Of a DNA stretch of 64,000 nt, positions 14,420 to 26,880 are shown in pieces. Both the position numbers and the translations under genes were made by a program. Each line of letters begins with the position of its first letter. Position 1 is the stretch's first letter. Origin of the DNA: Lama glama (lineage: Eukaryota); contig CM052817.1 in assembly GCA_028534125.1 (NCBI GenBank), positions 81,718,001-81,782,000 on the forward strand, written 5' to 3'. The notes beneath the pieces were generated by a model. It did no database searches and was not told where the DNA came from. It saw nothing but the letters and a program-made list of their open reading frames with translations.

Positions 14420-14605
14420 AGAATGGACTCAGGCTTATGTTTGAATCCGAGGTCTAGTATTTACTAATCAAATGATTGGGCACAAATTCTATCATCTCTC
14501 TCAGCCTCAGTTTTTCTCATTTGACAAATGGGACTAAGATCAAAGAAGGGTTGGAAGGATTAGATATGCATAAGCCTAATACACAGCAGTGCTCAAGAAG
14601 TTATT
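14420..14605 (+). mobile_element. MIR fragment
   Basis: tttgaatcc...ctctctcagcctcagtttttctcatttgacaaatggg. Confidence 0.7.
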
Positions 14606-15059
14606 TTCCTTCATTTTTGACTCTAAATATTGTTGTTTTCCAGATAAATTATTTGTTTAGAAGATATTGATTTGATAATATAAGAGTCTGGACTAATTCC
14701 ACCACGAGAAATTGTTTATAGTTTCTTTTTGGTGCCTCACACTGAGTCAATTGAATAATTACTAAGGTGTCTTGTCTCCCTATCTCTTGATTTGCTTACT
14801 TTCTCTGTTTCTGTATCCTCAGAGAAAGTCCAATATTCCATCATTCATCAACTGGGTTATTGAAAGTTTCATTTAATTTCTTAGATAGTTGGTCACAGCC
14901 ATAGCGGGTTTACAGGGTTAGTGGTTAGTTATTTGGCTAGTTAGTTTTGATAGCCACAGGAAGACGGTATCCACTGATTATATAATCCTAACATATGTGT
15001 CTTATATTGTGACCAGTGGTCACTTTTTAAATCAATGTTAAATTTACAATTAAAAAAAA

Positions 15060-15560
15060 TCTTCATTCTGCCTCCATTCTACCAAAAGAGCTCATGTCTG
15101 AATAAAATAACCTCTACTTTTCTAAAATCCATGGTCATTTCAGAGTTTTTATTTTACTTGCAACCTCTTAGCAGCGTTTAACATGATTAATGGTTTCTTA
15201 CTTCTTGAAACATATTATTTGCTTGAATTTTGAATCCACTGTCTTAGTTATTCTCCATTGTCAATCCCTGATCTCTTTTTCTGGGTTGGAGTAACTAATT
15301 CATGCTTTTTTTCCCAACTAATCTGTGATGTTGGAACGGCCTAAGGTATAGTCAGTGAACCTCTCCTGCCCTCTGTCTACACATACTTTACTGGGGTTCT
15401 CATGCCAAAGCAATTGGTGACTTTAATCTGTACCTGGACTCTGTACCTGAAATTGCAGACTACCACCCTGGGACTCTCTTCTGATTTCCAGAGCTGTACG
15501 TTCAGTTATCTACACATAATCACCACACCCATGCTTAACAGGTATCCCAAACTTAACAAT
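15060..15560 (+). mobile_element. LINE-2 ORF2 (reverse transcriptase) fragment
   Basis: acttgcaacctcttagcagcgtttaacatgattaat...cttcttgaaac corresponds to the LLDLSAAFDTVDH.LLLE region, followed by a degenerate PQGSVLGPLLF region. Confidence 0.75.
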
Positions 15561-15619
15561 TTATTTTAGACTCTGTGATTATCTTTTCATTTCTCTTTCC
15601 TTTCTTTCTTTCTTTTTTT

Positions 15620-16060
15620 TCTTTTCAGCCAGCATTCATTCCCACTAATTGTTTTCTCTTCCCTGTATTCAGAGCCTGGAAAAATTGGAAATGCATTTCC
15701 CAGAATCCCTTGTTCCAGTAAAGATTTGGCAATGAGAAGTGCTTGACTGGATGAGAGGTGGAACAGTAGGAAAAACAATTATTTCTATGGCAATGATAAG
15801 GAAACATGCGGCAGATGTCAAGTTTGATCATAGCTTCTTTGGGTTCTCTTATGAATCATTCACTTTGTTGCCAGAAGCAGCTGAAATAAATGCCAATACT
15901 TTCCACAATGCCCATACTTGCTGATTTTGTAAAGCTAGCAGTGACCTTCCCTGGTCTTTCTGTTTCCCAGCCATTCAATTTCTTTCTAAGATTCTTATTC
16001 GGTGTATTACATGATCACTTGCTTATAATATCAGGCTATGTTCTGGCCAAACCCTGATTT
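15620..16060 (+). mobile_element. ERVL-class LTR (LTR33/LTR41-like)
   Basis: ctggaaaaattggaaatgcatttcccagaatcccttg...gcaatgagaagtg; lies directly upstream of ERVL internal sequence. Confidence 0.65.
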
Positions 16061-16069
16061 CTCAATCAG

Positions 16070-18592
16070 TCAGAAAATAGATCCTCAGTGGTAGAATTGA
16101 TTGATTACTTGTTTTGATTGGATATGAAGACAGTTAATGAACTCATCACTGATGAAAATGGAGAAAATGTTTTCCATGGTATTCAGTAGCAAAGTAATTA
16201 GGTCTAGTATGTCCAATAGTTACCTGGAATGAAGTTCCCACCAAAAACAGGTTTTGGTTTTAACAGCTACACATTACCATATATAAAATAGATAAACAAC
16301 AAGGACCTACTATATAGCACAAGAACCTATATTCAATTTCTTGTAATAAGCTATAATGGAAAAGAATCTGAAAAAATAAATATGTATCTGTGTATGTACA
16401 ACTGAATCACTCTGCTGTACACCTGAAACTAACATTGCAAATCAAGTACACGTCAATTGAAAAAACAGAACTTAAATTAAAACAGGTTTCGGTTGGTAAA
16501 GTAGCTGCTATTATAAAATATTATTATGGAAAATCTGAATATAAAGATCCTGTAGAGGACTGACATACTACACTGAACTGCAACAGAATGAAAATAAGTT
16601 CATTCCACATTCTTAGATCAAGAAATGGTCCAGAGGACAAATGAGATTCCATAACTAATGCTTCCTTTTCCTTTCCACTTCCCTCAATGGAAAACAAACA
16701 ATCAACGATGGCTTCTTGAATTATAGCACGAGTTCATTCACAGTATTATCAGTAACCTTATATAAAGCTTTAGATCTCATTTAAGGACCTGTGAATTCGG
16801 GACAAATTTGGGTGGGTGTCAATGAATCTGAGTACCTTACATCTTCAAATGCATTTGCAGTTAGAATCACCACCTTCTTCCCTGTCTAAGGTTAATCTCC
16901 ACTGCTCAAATACCTCTAATATTTTTACCCAAAGTAGTTATAAAGGGATATCCTTCCTTTTTAAGTCCTAGGTATATGACCTCTTTTTATTTCCAGACTT
17001 AGAAACCAGTGGAGTGGATGAGATCCTACCTATACATAAAAGAATAGCAAACATTTACAAATGCATGTCAGTAGAAACCTGGGAAATACAAATATGAATG
17101 GGTTCTAAAGGTTTAAGATCAGAGAGGAAAAATATAATATTAAATCAAGCCATGTTTATCAACACAGGAACACTCACCATACAGTAAGAATTCCATGTTA
17201 GCTCAAGCCTCTGGGAGTGGTAGTAACAGCTTGCTCTATTGGTTAATCAAAACCTGGACACCATAGTCACCTACATTATATAAAGTTGAGATGCCAGAAA
17301 TCCTTTGGTATTATTTAGAGCAAGGAATATAAAGACTAGAGAGATCAGTGTGTTAATATGGATGAATGACGGTGAATTGCTTACCCAACTACGTCCTTGT
17401 GAGGGAACGAAGAACGAGTCACTATACTACAGCATTAAGAACATTGGTGAAAAAGCATCCTTAAAACCCTCTAAGATGGTACTCAGCAGGCAGGAAGGGA
17501 GGTGAGAAATGTCACCATGGATATAGCCTTGTTGATATCCCTGTTAAATGTAAGATTCTAGAGGGGCAGGGACCATGTGCTAGAGCTTAATTGCTAATGA
17601 CACAGTAAGTATGCTAGTTGTGACGGGAATCAGGGTGCGAGCTGTGATCAGTAATTGGAGCAAGCTGCACTATGTGGCCATGGCCAACTGGTCACGAGGT
17701 TCATGGAACTGAATTAGATGGGCCCATGATTAAATTTTTCCTTAATTCATGTAATAGAGACAAAAATTTCTTGGTTGGTTGAATATACGTGATTGAGTCA
17801 CTATGATGGGTAACCATGAATTTTCACCCAGTTCTAGACTTGAGACAAATTACAGTTCCATATTCCTTGAAAGAAGAGGATAATGGAGCTACTCAAAGAA
17901 GGACCAGAGTTACTGGTCCTGCCAAGAAATGCTCTCTAAATCTTCTTTCTATTTCTCTTACAATGTTCCTGTGGCCATTTAAGAGGGTGACTGTGGGCTG
18001 ATAAATAATAAAATTTCCAGGATTTTGAAGAATTCATAAACACTGAGGTTCAAATGAAAATAATCCTTAAAGATCCAAAAAATCACTCTTTGGGCCATGA
18101 ATCAGAGAGGAGATTGTGAATCTGGTGATAAATGGAGTTTTGAATGGAGCCTTTGTTAAAGTGAACTCAGTGTTATTGTGGATTTTTTCTCAGAGTTTTT
18201 CTCCTTTTTTGGAAACTCCCAGAATTCTTCCTTTGGCTAGTTGTCCCTTGAATAAATATCTATCATATTAGAAAGATCCAAGTGGAAGTTCCTGGAACCT
18301 GTCTCTCTCTACCACTAATTTCTGTTTTAATAAAATGAAAAACAGAAACCAGCACTATATCTTGAAGGAGTGACAGAATTTAGTGCTAAACAGACCTGAA
18401 AGATGAATGGACATTGACTCATGGTAGGTCTTCTTCTAACTCACCTATTTGGTATGTTTAAAAATGACTTGAAAATAATGGGGATTATCATAAATATGAT
18501 CAGTTGATGACCCAGTATTAGCTGTTGTACCAGATGTGGGTCTTCTACTGGAGCAACGAACAGAATCCCTTTACCTGATACGGGGCAATTGC
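16070..18592 (+). mobile_element. ERVL internal region (degenerate gag, protease, start of RT)
   Basis: Gag-like GSGSNSLL.WL..TWT..PT..KVEMPE.W near 17.2-17.3 kb, protease-region PF.RVTV near 17.98 kb, RT start NSPIW...DYHK..Q...AVVPDV.LLLEQ near 18.43-18.56 kb. Confidence 0.85.
16260..16478 (+). mobile_element. L1 3' end (artiodactyl-type) inserted in the ERVL
   Basis: ataaacaacaaggacctactatatagcac...actgaatcactctgctgtacacctgaaactaac; 16-bp TSD aaaacaggttt(t/c)ggtt at 16244-16259 and 16479-16494. Confidence 0.9.
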
Positions 18593-18609
18593 TCCACAGT
18601 CAATGTTGT

Positions 18610-18910
18610 TCAGGCAGAGAAATAGAGATCATGGGCTTCAGCCAGCAACAGAAGTGAGATTTTTCTTGGAGGTACTGTTTAGATATCTTCTCCTGAATCA
18701 CTCATTTTGGGGCTCCAGGGAGTTGAGATCATTGGTGACAATCTCCTGTGATTTCTGCTCTCTGATATCTTGAAGGTGGTCGCAGCTTTCTCTGATCTTT
18801 GTGCCCTCAGCCCTTCCAGTGGTTTTGTTATCTTCTAAACCCCATCCTGCTGCTTTCTTGTAAATTGTTAAGTGGTATCTGGTTTTTTGACTTAACTTTG
18901 ACCAGAGTTT
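18610..18910 (+). mobile_element. ERVL-class LTR 3' fragment (LTR33/41-like)
   Basis: ttgtgccctcagcccttccagtggttttgt...agtggtatctggttttttgact. Confidence 0.5.
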
Positions 18911-18989
18911 TGCCCTCTCCAGGTTTTCTTAGTCTCTATAGCTAAGACCCTCATTTATCCAACAGTTCAAGTCAAAGGTCTTGAAGACG

Positions 18990-19400
18990 TTCTTGACCTG
19001 ATCCGTTTCCCCCCGTTCCTCCCTCACCGCCGTCTTGCTGTCCCCTGACTCCAGTGTTTTCTCACCACAGGGCATTTGGAGGTGCTTTCCTTTCTGTCTC
19101 CAGCACTTTCTTCTCAAGGTTCTCACAGCTCACTCTCTCACTTCATCTGGCTCTTTGCTCAGATCTCACCTGCTCAGAAAAGACTTGCCTGACTACAGTT
19201 ACCTACGTTTTTACTCTTGGCTTTACAACATCTATTGATTTTGATTTTGACTGATGTATTAATTTACTTTCTAGAATGAAAACTCCAAGAAAGCAAAAGC
19301 TTCATCTCTTTGGATGACTGATATATCCACATCACCGAAAACGGGTTATGCAATTAGTAGGATTTCAATACACTTTTATTAATACAAAAAAGAATGAATA
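18990..19400 (+). mobile_element. LINE-2 3' end
   Basis: ctctttgctcagatctcacctgctcagaaaagact...ctagaatgaaaactccaagaaagca...agtaggatttcaatac...gaatgaat. Confidence 0.8.
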
Positions 19401-20241
19401 TGCAAGTCTTATGTGTAAATTGTGTATTTCTGAATCATTATTTTAAATGTGATATAAAATGCATTCATAAAACATTTAAACTTATAAGAATTATGATAAA
19501 ATAACATTACAGGGGGGCAGTATTGAATTCAATAAACATTCTTACAAGTGTCTTTGATCACACAGAACAGAACTTCCAGATAAAAGTCAACTTATGAACT
19601 CAGCAGTCTATGGATTTTGCTCTCTGCCTGGCCCAGCTTTGTCTACTCTGAGTATGTGAAACTTTATTGCATTACTTACAAAATGTCTTACATAGACCAT
19701 ATCTCAATTTTTGAAGTGATCATTTAATTCATTTTTATGAAAACAGTAAGATTCTCTTTTAATGTTTGACCCAAATTCTGAAATGAAAAATGTGTACTCT
19801 ATAGAACCTTAGTCACAACAATATGAAAAATATATAAACCATATACAGTATTTTATATTAATTCAATTTTCTCTTTACTGAACATCCAGTAAAACTTATC
19901 TTCAGAGGCTGGCCTAATATCTCTTCCTTTTTCAGTCCAAATTCCTCTTCTCTGTACAAGTTCTGCTGCTCCTTTTCTGATGACACACAATGTCCCCATT
20001 TCCATTTGGTCTGCCTGCCCTGCATGTCACTTTCTCGCATCAGGACAGTAATTGCTCAGGCTACTGCACTTACTCCACTGTCAGATTTTAAATAAAAGAG
20101 TAACAATTGTATTGCTCAGAAAATTGCATCTCCCCAATATGCTGCGAAAAATGCCTATCCTTAATTTCAAATACATGAAATAAAGTTCCTCTCAGACTTC
20201 AGTGCACTAACATAATCGATGCCTTTTAAATTCTTTGTCAC

Positions 20242-20340
20242 ATATGGAAAAGAATATGTATATGTATAACTGAATCACTTTGCTGTACATAAGACACTAA
20301 CACAATGTTGTAAATCAACTATTCTTCAATTTAAAAAATA
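20242..20340 (+). mobile_element. L1 extreme 3' end
   Basis: ataactgaatcactttgctgtaca...actaacacaatgttgtaaatcaactat with an A tail. Confidence 0.85.
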
Positions 20341-20469
20341 CATAAAGGGCAAAAAAAGAAATATTCTAAATTTAAATAAATAAATATTGGATTAAAATAA
20401 AGGCACAATAAAGTTAAAGATCCTGATGAAAGTAGTTTATGTAATCCAGCAAATGCTAATACTAACTGT

Positions 20470-20680
20470 AAGAATAGCAAAAATTCACATAGCGTTTATA
20501 GCGTGCCCAGCACGCCTCACAGAATCGTCCAGAGGTAGCTACTGTTCTTGTCCTCACTTAACAGATGAGGAAACCAAGGCACAGAGAAAGGAAATAACTT
20601 GTCCAAAGTCAAATGGCTGCTAGGTAGTAGAGCCAGGATTTGAACCAAAGAGTCCAAATCTAGACTCTGCTCTCTTAGAC
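20470..20680 (-). mobile_element. MIR SINE
   Basis: acagatgaggaaaccaaggcacagagaaaggaaataacttgtccaaagtca...agagccaggatttgaacc. Confidence 0.9.
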
Positions 20681-20739
20681 ACAAGCAGATGAATGCTTCC
20701 ACAATGGGTATAATTAGTTGAAATTGGTTTTGGCTACTT

Positions 20740-21190
20740 TAATTAGAAATGGAATTTGTTAAGGATGGACCAGAATGCAGGGCTTGGAAGTTGTGCAAAA
20801 TAGAAAAACAACCAGAATCATCTTGCAAAGTGGAGCAGAGGAGGGACAGAGCAGCCTTTTCAGGACACAGACACTTCAGCACAGATAACACACAGCTACC
20901 ATCACAGGTAACATCTGCGGTAAAACACATCTTCACAGTTGACCTCGCAGTGAGAACTAACACTGCGTATCAGTTGCTCTCACTAGAACCTCCGTCACTG
21001 GCTCCAACTGAAACTGAATGCGGTTTGGCCTACCTTTGCCAGAATGGATTCTATGTGGTGCCAGCTTTTCTTATCACTTTGTACATCACTAATTTCCAAC
21101 TTGGCAAGATATGTTTGACTGGAACAGGCTAGGATACCACCCTATACACTGGTGCCTGGGAATGCAAGTATCTGGCTTCTAGGCAAGTGG
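20740..21190 (-). mobile_element. Old MaLR LTR (MLT1M/N/O-like)
   Basis: ccagaatggattct...gcttttctt...tgactggaacaggctagg...ctgggaatgcaagtatctggc. Confidence 0.6.
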
Positions 21191-21459
21191 CCATAGGAAC
21201 ATGTCCAAGGGTCTTAGCAGCCAAAGAAAAACAAAATGAAACAAAAAGGCAAGTGTCAGTTGCCTAAGTGGTTCCAGACAGCTAGGATGGAAGAGAAATA
21301 AGGTGGAGGCTGCTGACAGACTGGAAGCAAGTGGGGAGCTCAAAGGACTGCCCACAAGGTTAAAGAGAAGTTAGAGTGGGAGAGAGGTTGTGGGAAAACA
21401 AGGAAGAAAGTGTGCTGTAAATAGAGTGAAATGTTCAAGTTTAAGATGTGTAAGGTGGA

Positions 21460-21681
21460 GCTAGTCCAGGTGATGCCCGGATCCCAGGTTTGGCCCTGGA
21501 GGTTGTCTGCCAAAGTTAATGGAGTAAAGTCATCACAGTAAATAGCGTTGCACATTTTAATACTAGCTTGTTGGATGAATTTTCCCCATGGACTTGGCAA
21601 TCTCTCAACTTCCTGATTAAACTTCACAATGCGAAAGGGATGACTTTGCTTGTCCTCAAAGGCTTCCATGAATAGGGGGTA
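21460..21681 (-). pseudogene. Candidate LRR pseudo-exon
   Basis: Strong polypyrimidine tract and aatcag acceptor near 21682. Reading SLSHCEV*SGS*EIAKSM.../DDFTPLTLADNLQ is LRR-like. No clear donor. Confidence 0.33.
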
Positions 21682-21989
21682 CTGATTTAGGTGGGTGAGC
21701 GACAACAAGAAGGAAAAGTAGGAAGTGCAGAAGTCCCAGGGCAGGAGCTTCAGACAGAATGAGTGCTCACACAGCAATGGAAATGCCTTCATCAGCAGAG
21801 GAAGGACTGCAGCTAGGGGAGTTATGTGTACAGTTATTTGCCATTACTCATCCTGTCATTCTGTCCCCAGAAGATCTCAGCTCTCAGATGGTATATGACC
21901 GGGTCTCAAGGAAAAGGTGAAAACTACCATATGGCTCCACTTCAGGAATTCTCGCCATTCTTCATTTTTATTTCTTTATCTTTATCTCT

Positions 21990-22320
21990 CATTCATTAAT
22001 TGATTCACATATTCACTCTTGCCAGTAGATGGAGAGAGAGAGAGAATATTTATGCTGAGCTAGTCCTGTGTGAGGCACTAGGTACCCCACCAGGGACAAA
22101 CACATTGATATATGTTATATAAAAGAAACATAGGTACAAAGGGAGGAGGTAGAAGAGAGACATAATTTAGACTGAGAGTTCAGGGAGGACTTCCCTGAGA
22201 AGCGACAACTAGAGGAAGAGCAAACATGAGAGACTTTCAGGTGGAGAAAGCATCATGTGCAAAGGCCCTTAAGTGCGAAAAAGAATGACTTATTTGAGAA
22301 ATGAAAAGAAGCCCAGTCTC
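21990..22320 (-). mobile_element. LINE-2 3' fragment
   Basis: tcagggaggacttccctgaga...ttcaggtggagaaagcatcatgtgcaaaggccct. Confidence 0.7.
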
Positions 22321-22539
22321 TAAACTATTTGTTTCTGTTTCTCCTAACTCATTGGTTATTTACAAGTATCTTATGACTTGAGACCATATATTATATATAA
22401 TAGGACAATTTAAAATCATAGTCTATCTGTCTTGAAGAAACTCTGTAAATTCCTAAAGCAGAAAAAGGGTACATTATTTACATATATAAAGAGTCATCAT
22501 GTTAAATAGCCTTGTACATCTTAATATAAAATATAGTTA

Positions 22540-22760
22540 TACAAGTTATTCTAACATATATATGTTCATACATAAAATACATATATATTTTCATATATAA
22601 TATAAATATATTCATATATTTTCATATATGATATAAATATGTCATGTATAATTATATTATCTATAATATTTAATAATAGTATTTAAAGTATTTAATCATA
22701 GTAATAATTATTAATAGTATTTAAAATATAAAATATTTGATAAATATATAATAAATTAGG
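22540..22760. repeat. AT-rich low-complexity / degenerate (TA)n tract
   Basis: Repeated atatattttcatatat units, almost no G or C. Confidence 0.85.
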
Positions 22761-24619
22761 TTAAGTTCATGTATACCATATACATGTGTGTGTGCATATC
22801 TCTATGATCTGGTTTGATGGGTTAGGTATTCCCCTCAACTTAAAAGACAGTAGTAATCATTCTGACGCTCCGTTTATAAGCCCTGTGGGAAGTCTATAAT
22901 GTAACATGAAGAAAGGAGATCTCTACATATAAATTGATGGTTAGGTGGCCCAAGCCCAGCATGTATGTACTGTTGTTTTGGTGTGTGTGTGTGTGAAGGC
23001 ACACAGCTATGGAAACATGATGTGAAAGCACTCAGATGAAAGAAGCAGAAAAAATCAATACGAGAGAATGCAAGCGCAAAGGAACAACAATTCAATCTCG
23101 GGGAGAGGGCTCTGAAAATGTAGGGGAGGCACGGGCGGCTCATTGAAAGCTCGTGCGGAATATCCCTCAGGACGTCCAAGCTCAGTACTAATGTACTCTG
23201 AGCAGTGGAGTTCTGACGGGTTTCACTTCAGAAGTAGACTATAAAGACAATGAACGTTGGCTGCTTGGAGGAAATGCCATCTACAACTTTCATTTGCTGT
23301 TTTAAAATATGTTTAGCATTGTGTTCTCCTGAGCCTGTTTCCTATGAGACTTTACTCTTACTTCCTCCCTTTTAGAAATCGCAGTGCTTTTTGAAAGGCA
23401 GCAAGGGATTCACACCTTTATTTCTTGTCTCATCTGAAATAACCCTTTGGGCATTAATATTTCAAAACACTGCATTAGGAAGTAAATAAACAGATTTTTT
23501 GGTACATTGATCTTGATGGAGCAAAAGATAGATAAGGCAACTGGTAAAGGTGGAGAGATTTGCTACTCATTAAACAAATGGCCCACCATTCCCACGTTAG
23601 GGACAACAAGGACATATCTGACAACTTCTGAAGTGTCGTATCAGTGAAATGATAAAATATTTGTATGATAGCTACTAAATAGATGATGATTATCTTCTTC
23701 ATCTGCTTATGGAATACATATTTGTTGATCGCCTGTGTAATCCTCTTTTACAAAAGTTGAAAGTTGATTACCATGAAAACTATGACTCATTGTTTTGGGC
23801 CACATACTGCCAGCTCATATTTTTAATATAAACACAGAATATCAGCCCAAGCCATCAGCCACTGATTATTTGATTAAAGTATATTGTTACAAAGACCATA
23901 ATTACACTTCTAAAAAGACCATAATCTCATTTGTTTGGGTTAAATTTTTTGTTTGTAAAACAGAAACCTAGTGACAAGCAAAACAGCAACTTATATAAAA
24001 AAGAAAGATAGGGCCCCAAAACAGGAAAACATCCAGATTGTAAGAAATTGCTAAAAGCAGAGAATTAAATGCTTTCTAGGTCCTTCTGTTTCTTTCATCT
24101 CTGCTCCTGCCTAGGTATCCATTTGCATCCCAACACAACCACCAATCTTTTTGGCTCTCAGGCTCAGGGGAGGAAACCCCTAATGCTTTTACATCAGATG
24201 TCACTCTGGACCCATCAACTGTGGCCGGCGGAGCCATGGAATAAAAAGTGCTGGAGATGGTTCCTGTAACACTCACGTAGAGAGAAAAATCCTACTGAAG
24301 TGCTGAGGGGAAGCCACCCAATTAGTTTCCACTCTACCATTCGTTGGAAACATGAAGTGAAATAACACTTGTGAGCACTTAATATTGACCAAGCACTACA
24401 AGGATAGTCTCGTTTACTACTCACTACAACTCACTATATATATGCAGTTACTGCTTTACAGAGGAAGAAGTTGAGCTAAAAGAAAGGTTAAAAAAAGTCC
24501 AAGATCACAGATCTACATATTTAACTGAAGTAAATGAAGATGTAATGATTATACTTCCATTTTTCTAAGCAGCATTCTAAGATTTGAGGGCTCAAAGGTC
24601 TCAGATATTATGGATCCAG

Positions 24620-25200
24620 GATGTTGGAGAGCTCATCGCCAATTGAAAAAGAGAAGAGAGAAAAAGATAATTATAATACAGTGGTTAAGCTTCGTATTTT
24701 AAGGAACCCTAGGATGTTCCAGAGGTTTATGTGTGGGGCATCAGACTCGTCATGACCCAGGTCATCAAAAGAAAAAAAAAATTGGGGGAAAGAAACACTT
24801 TAATTTAAAAGATGAATTGAGATTAATTGGATGGAGAAGAAAGATAAGTGAATTCAGGTAGAAAGAACAGGCCTGGGAAAATGTGGTCATTTAAAAAAAC
24901 ACAACATTTTGTTGGTGAAATACAGGCAATTTGGAAGAGATGGAATATAGGAAAAAGAGGCAGAGAATGTTAAGCAGTGAGAATCAAGAGGTAGAGGTTA
25001 GATTTTGATTAGCATTGAATATGTTTAAGACTTACTTTTTATGAAACAGCACTGAGAAGTTGTTGAAAGATTTTTAAAAGGAGATTGTTCTTAAGTGAAC
25101 TGAAATTTAAAAACAAATTATTATGGCAAATATTAATAATTAGCGGTTTGGAAGATGAAAAGACTACAGGTTAGAAATGCAATAAAATTCAGTGGTAGAA
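24620..25200 (-). mobile_element. LINE-2 fragment (degenerate)
   Basis: aattcaggtagaaagaacag...gcactgagaagttgttgaaagatttt pattern. Confidence 0.55.
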
Positions 25201-25719
25201 AAATATGCAAAAGATTATGAAGTTCTGTCTTTAAGAAGTTAAGACAGTTGGTGAAGCTAAGATTCTAGTCACAGTGTGAGTTTGTTAATGACTTCCACAC
25301 CACCCCCTGCATTGTTGAAAGGGGGCTGAAAAAACATTCGAGGAAGATTGAATTCAGTTTGGAAAATTAGGGAATTTCATCTCTCCAATCACCAAAGTAA
25401 AAAAAGGAAAAAGAAAAAAAGTTCATCACAATGCCTGTCATTTATTTTAAAATACTACAACACAGGCAGTAATTGAAATGTGAATACTCTGTAGTTAAGC
25501 TACATTCTGGCAACAATCATCTGACCTAACGAGGCATTCCCACTCAAGAGGTGGTCAGCCAGAGTTATCCTGAAAGATCCCACTTCAAAGTCACTGCTGT
25601 AAGAACTGTTCTTGTCCTTAACATGAGAGACTTTGTTAAAGTGAATCTGAGAAATGGGAAATTCCATTAGTGGAATTTATAGTTTTAATTAGCTTAATTG
25701 CAGTTAAAAATAAGCTCTC

Positions 25720-25822
25720 GGAAGAGAATCTGAAAAAGAATATATATATGAATCACTTTGCTGTATACCTGAATCTAACACAGCATTGTAAATCAACTAT
25801 ACTTCAATAATTTAAAAAAAAA
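25720..25822 (+). mobile_element. L1 extreme 3' end
   Basis: gaatcactttgctgtatacctgaatctaacacagcattgtaaatcaactatacttcaat; imperfect TSD aaaaataagctctc / aaaaatgagcactc. Confidence 0.88.
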
Positions 25823-26219
25823 TGAGCACTCAGATTAGAAATAGCCTTTAGGTGGACTAGCTAAAACATTTTAGAGAAGACATTTCATTCTTGCATGGAC
25901 ATGGGTAACATTCCAGGAAACTTGTTGCAAGTATTCTGAGGGATAGTACCTGTAATTCAAATCTAAATGAGCTTGTGTCCAGAAGACTGCCTGGTATCAA
26001 CTCTAAGTATCATAGAATTTGTCTGCAAAATGTTGTATTGCCATTGGCAAGTAACCCTTCCCTGCAAGCTGGGTTTAGAGCACATCAAAGGAGGTGAAAC
26101 ATAATCAACTTATAGAAGAAATGTATGAATGGTTTTGTAGCTTGTTATAAGAAGATGAAAAAGTAGAACAATATTGGAATTTGTGACAAATTCTTCTCTG
26201 GGATGTGAGTTTGTTATTA

Positions 26220-26880
26220 TGTGGCACTGAGATTATGTGGCACTGAGGACGTAGCTAATCCTCACCCACTTGTAACTACTTTGGACTATCTTTATCTACT
26301 AAAATCGTGGTCATTTAACTATTTGCTCGACGGTCAAGTCCCTAAACTTCCTCAACATTGCTCGTATCTTAGAAAGTGGAACTGACTTCTGCAAATACAC
26401 TTACCTGACCCCCTTTCCAACTGTTTGCTGATTAGCTTTGGCCAGTAAGAAGCACTGGTGGGAAGAGTGCCAAGAGGGTAAGTCCTATAACAGGGAGGGG
26501 AGAATGTGGGGGGGAGCAACCCCAGCATTCTTGAAAGGCCCTGCAGTGGCTGCCCTCTGGAGACCTGGAGTGGCAGTGGGGGGCACCATTGAAATGGACT
26601 TTCTGGAATCCTGAGCCCCACAAAAGCCTGTTAAAGTATCTGATAATAGAAACAGACAAAGTGGGCAACATTAGCATAACGGGCAGAGGAGGCCGATTGG
26701 CAATCAGTGTTTTATCTGTGTGGATCTCTGACAGAGACTGAGTGATCTTGGTATCTCTAGGAAAGAAGTGGACAGGCAGCTCCCAAGTATCTATTTGGAT
26801 CTCTGTAACTGGAAAAACACTACATTTGAGAAGTGAAAACATGCCTTTAATGGCTACAGTGGAAAGACATAGTCCACCAC
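26220..26880 (+). mobile_element. ERVL-class LTR fragment plus internal gag fragment
   Basis: ctttggccagtaagaagcactggtgggaag (LTR-like) and gatctctgacagagactgagtgatcttggtatctctaggaaagaagtggacaggcagc (DLW.WL.D.G..R.E.D.Q gag region). Confidence 0.6.

Noticed and set aside
20739..20963. Minus ORF that reads LRR-like (CFTADVTC...LSLLCSTLQDDSGC)
   Set aside because: It lies inside an old MLT1-type LTR. This shows that by-eye LRR matches can be false positives, so LRR calls without splice support were down-weighted.
24197..24245. DVTLDPST after an acceptor-like site, similar to the start of a B30.2/PRY exon (plus strand)
   Set aside because: No AHPxLxLSED continuation, a stop after a few codons, and it is on the opposite strand to the other remnants.
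22874..24280. Further LRR-like readings at about 23.0, 23.6 and 24.1 kb on the minus strand (a similar one occurs near 31.6 kb)
   Set aside because: Short low-complexity matches with poor or no splice boundaries; not supportable without computation.
26217..26248. 16-bp tandem duplication ttatgtggcactgag(a/g); similar short duplications near 4630 and 11910
   Set aside because: Only two copies without spacers; ordinary slippage duplications, not an array.
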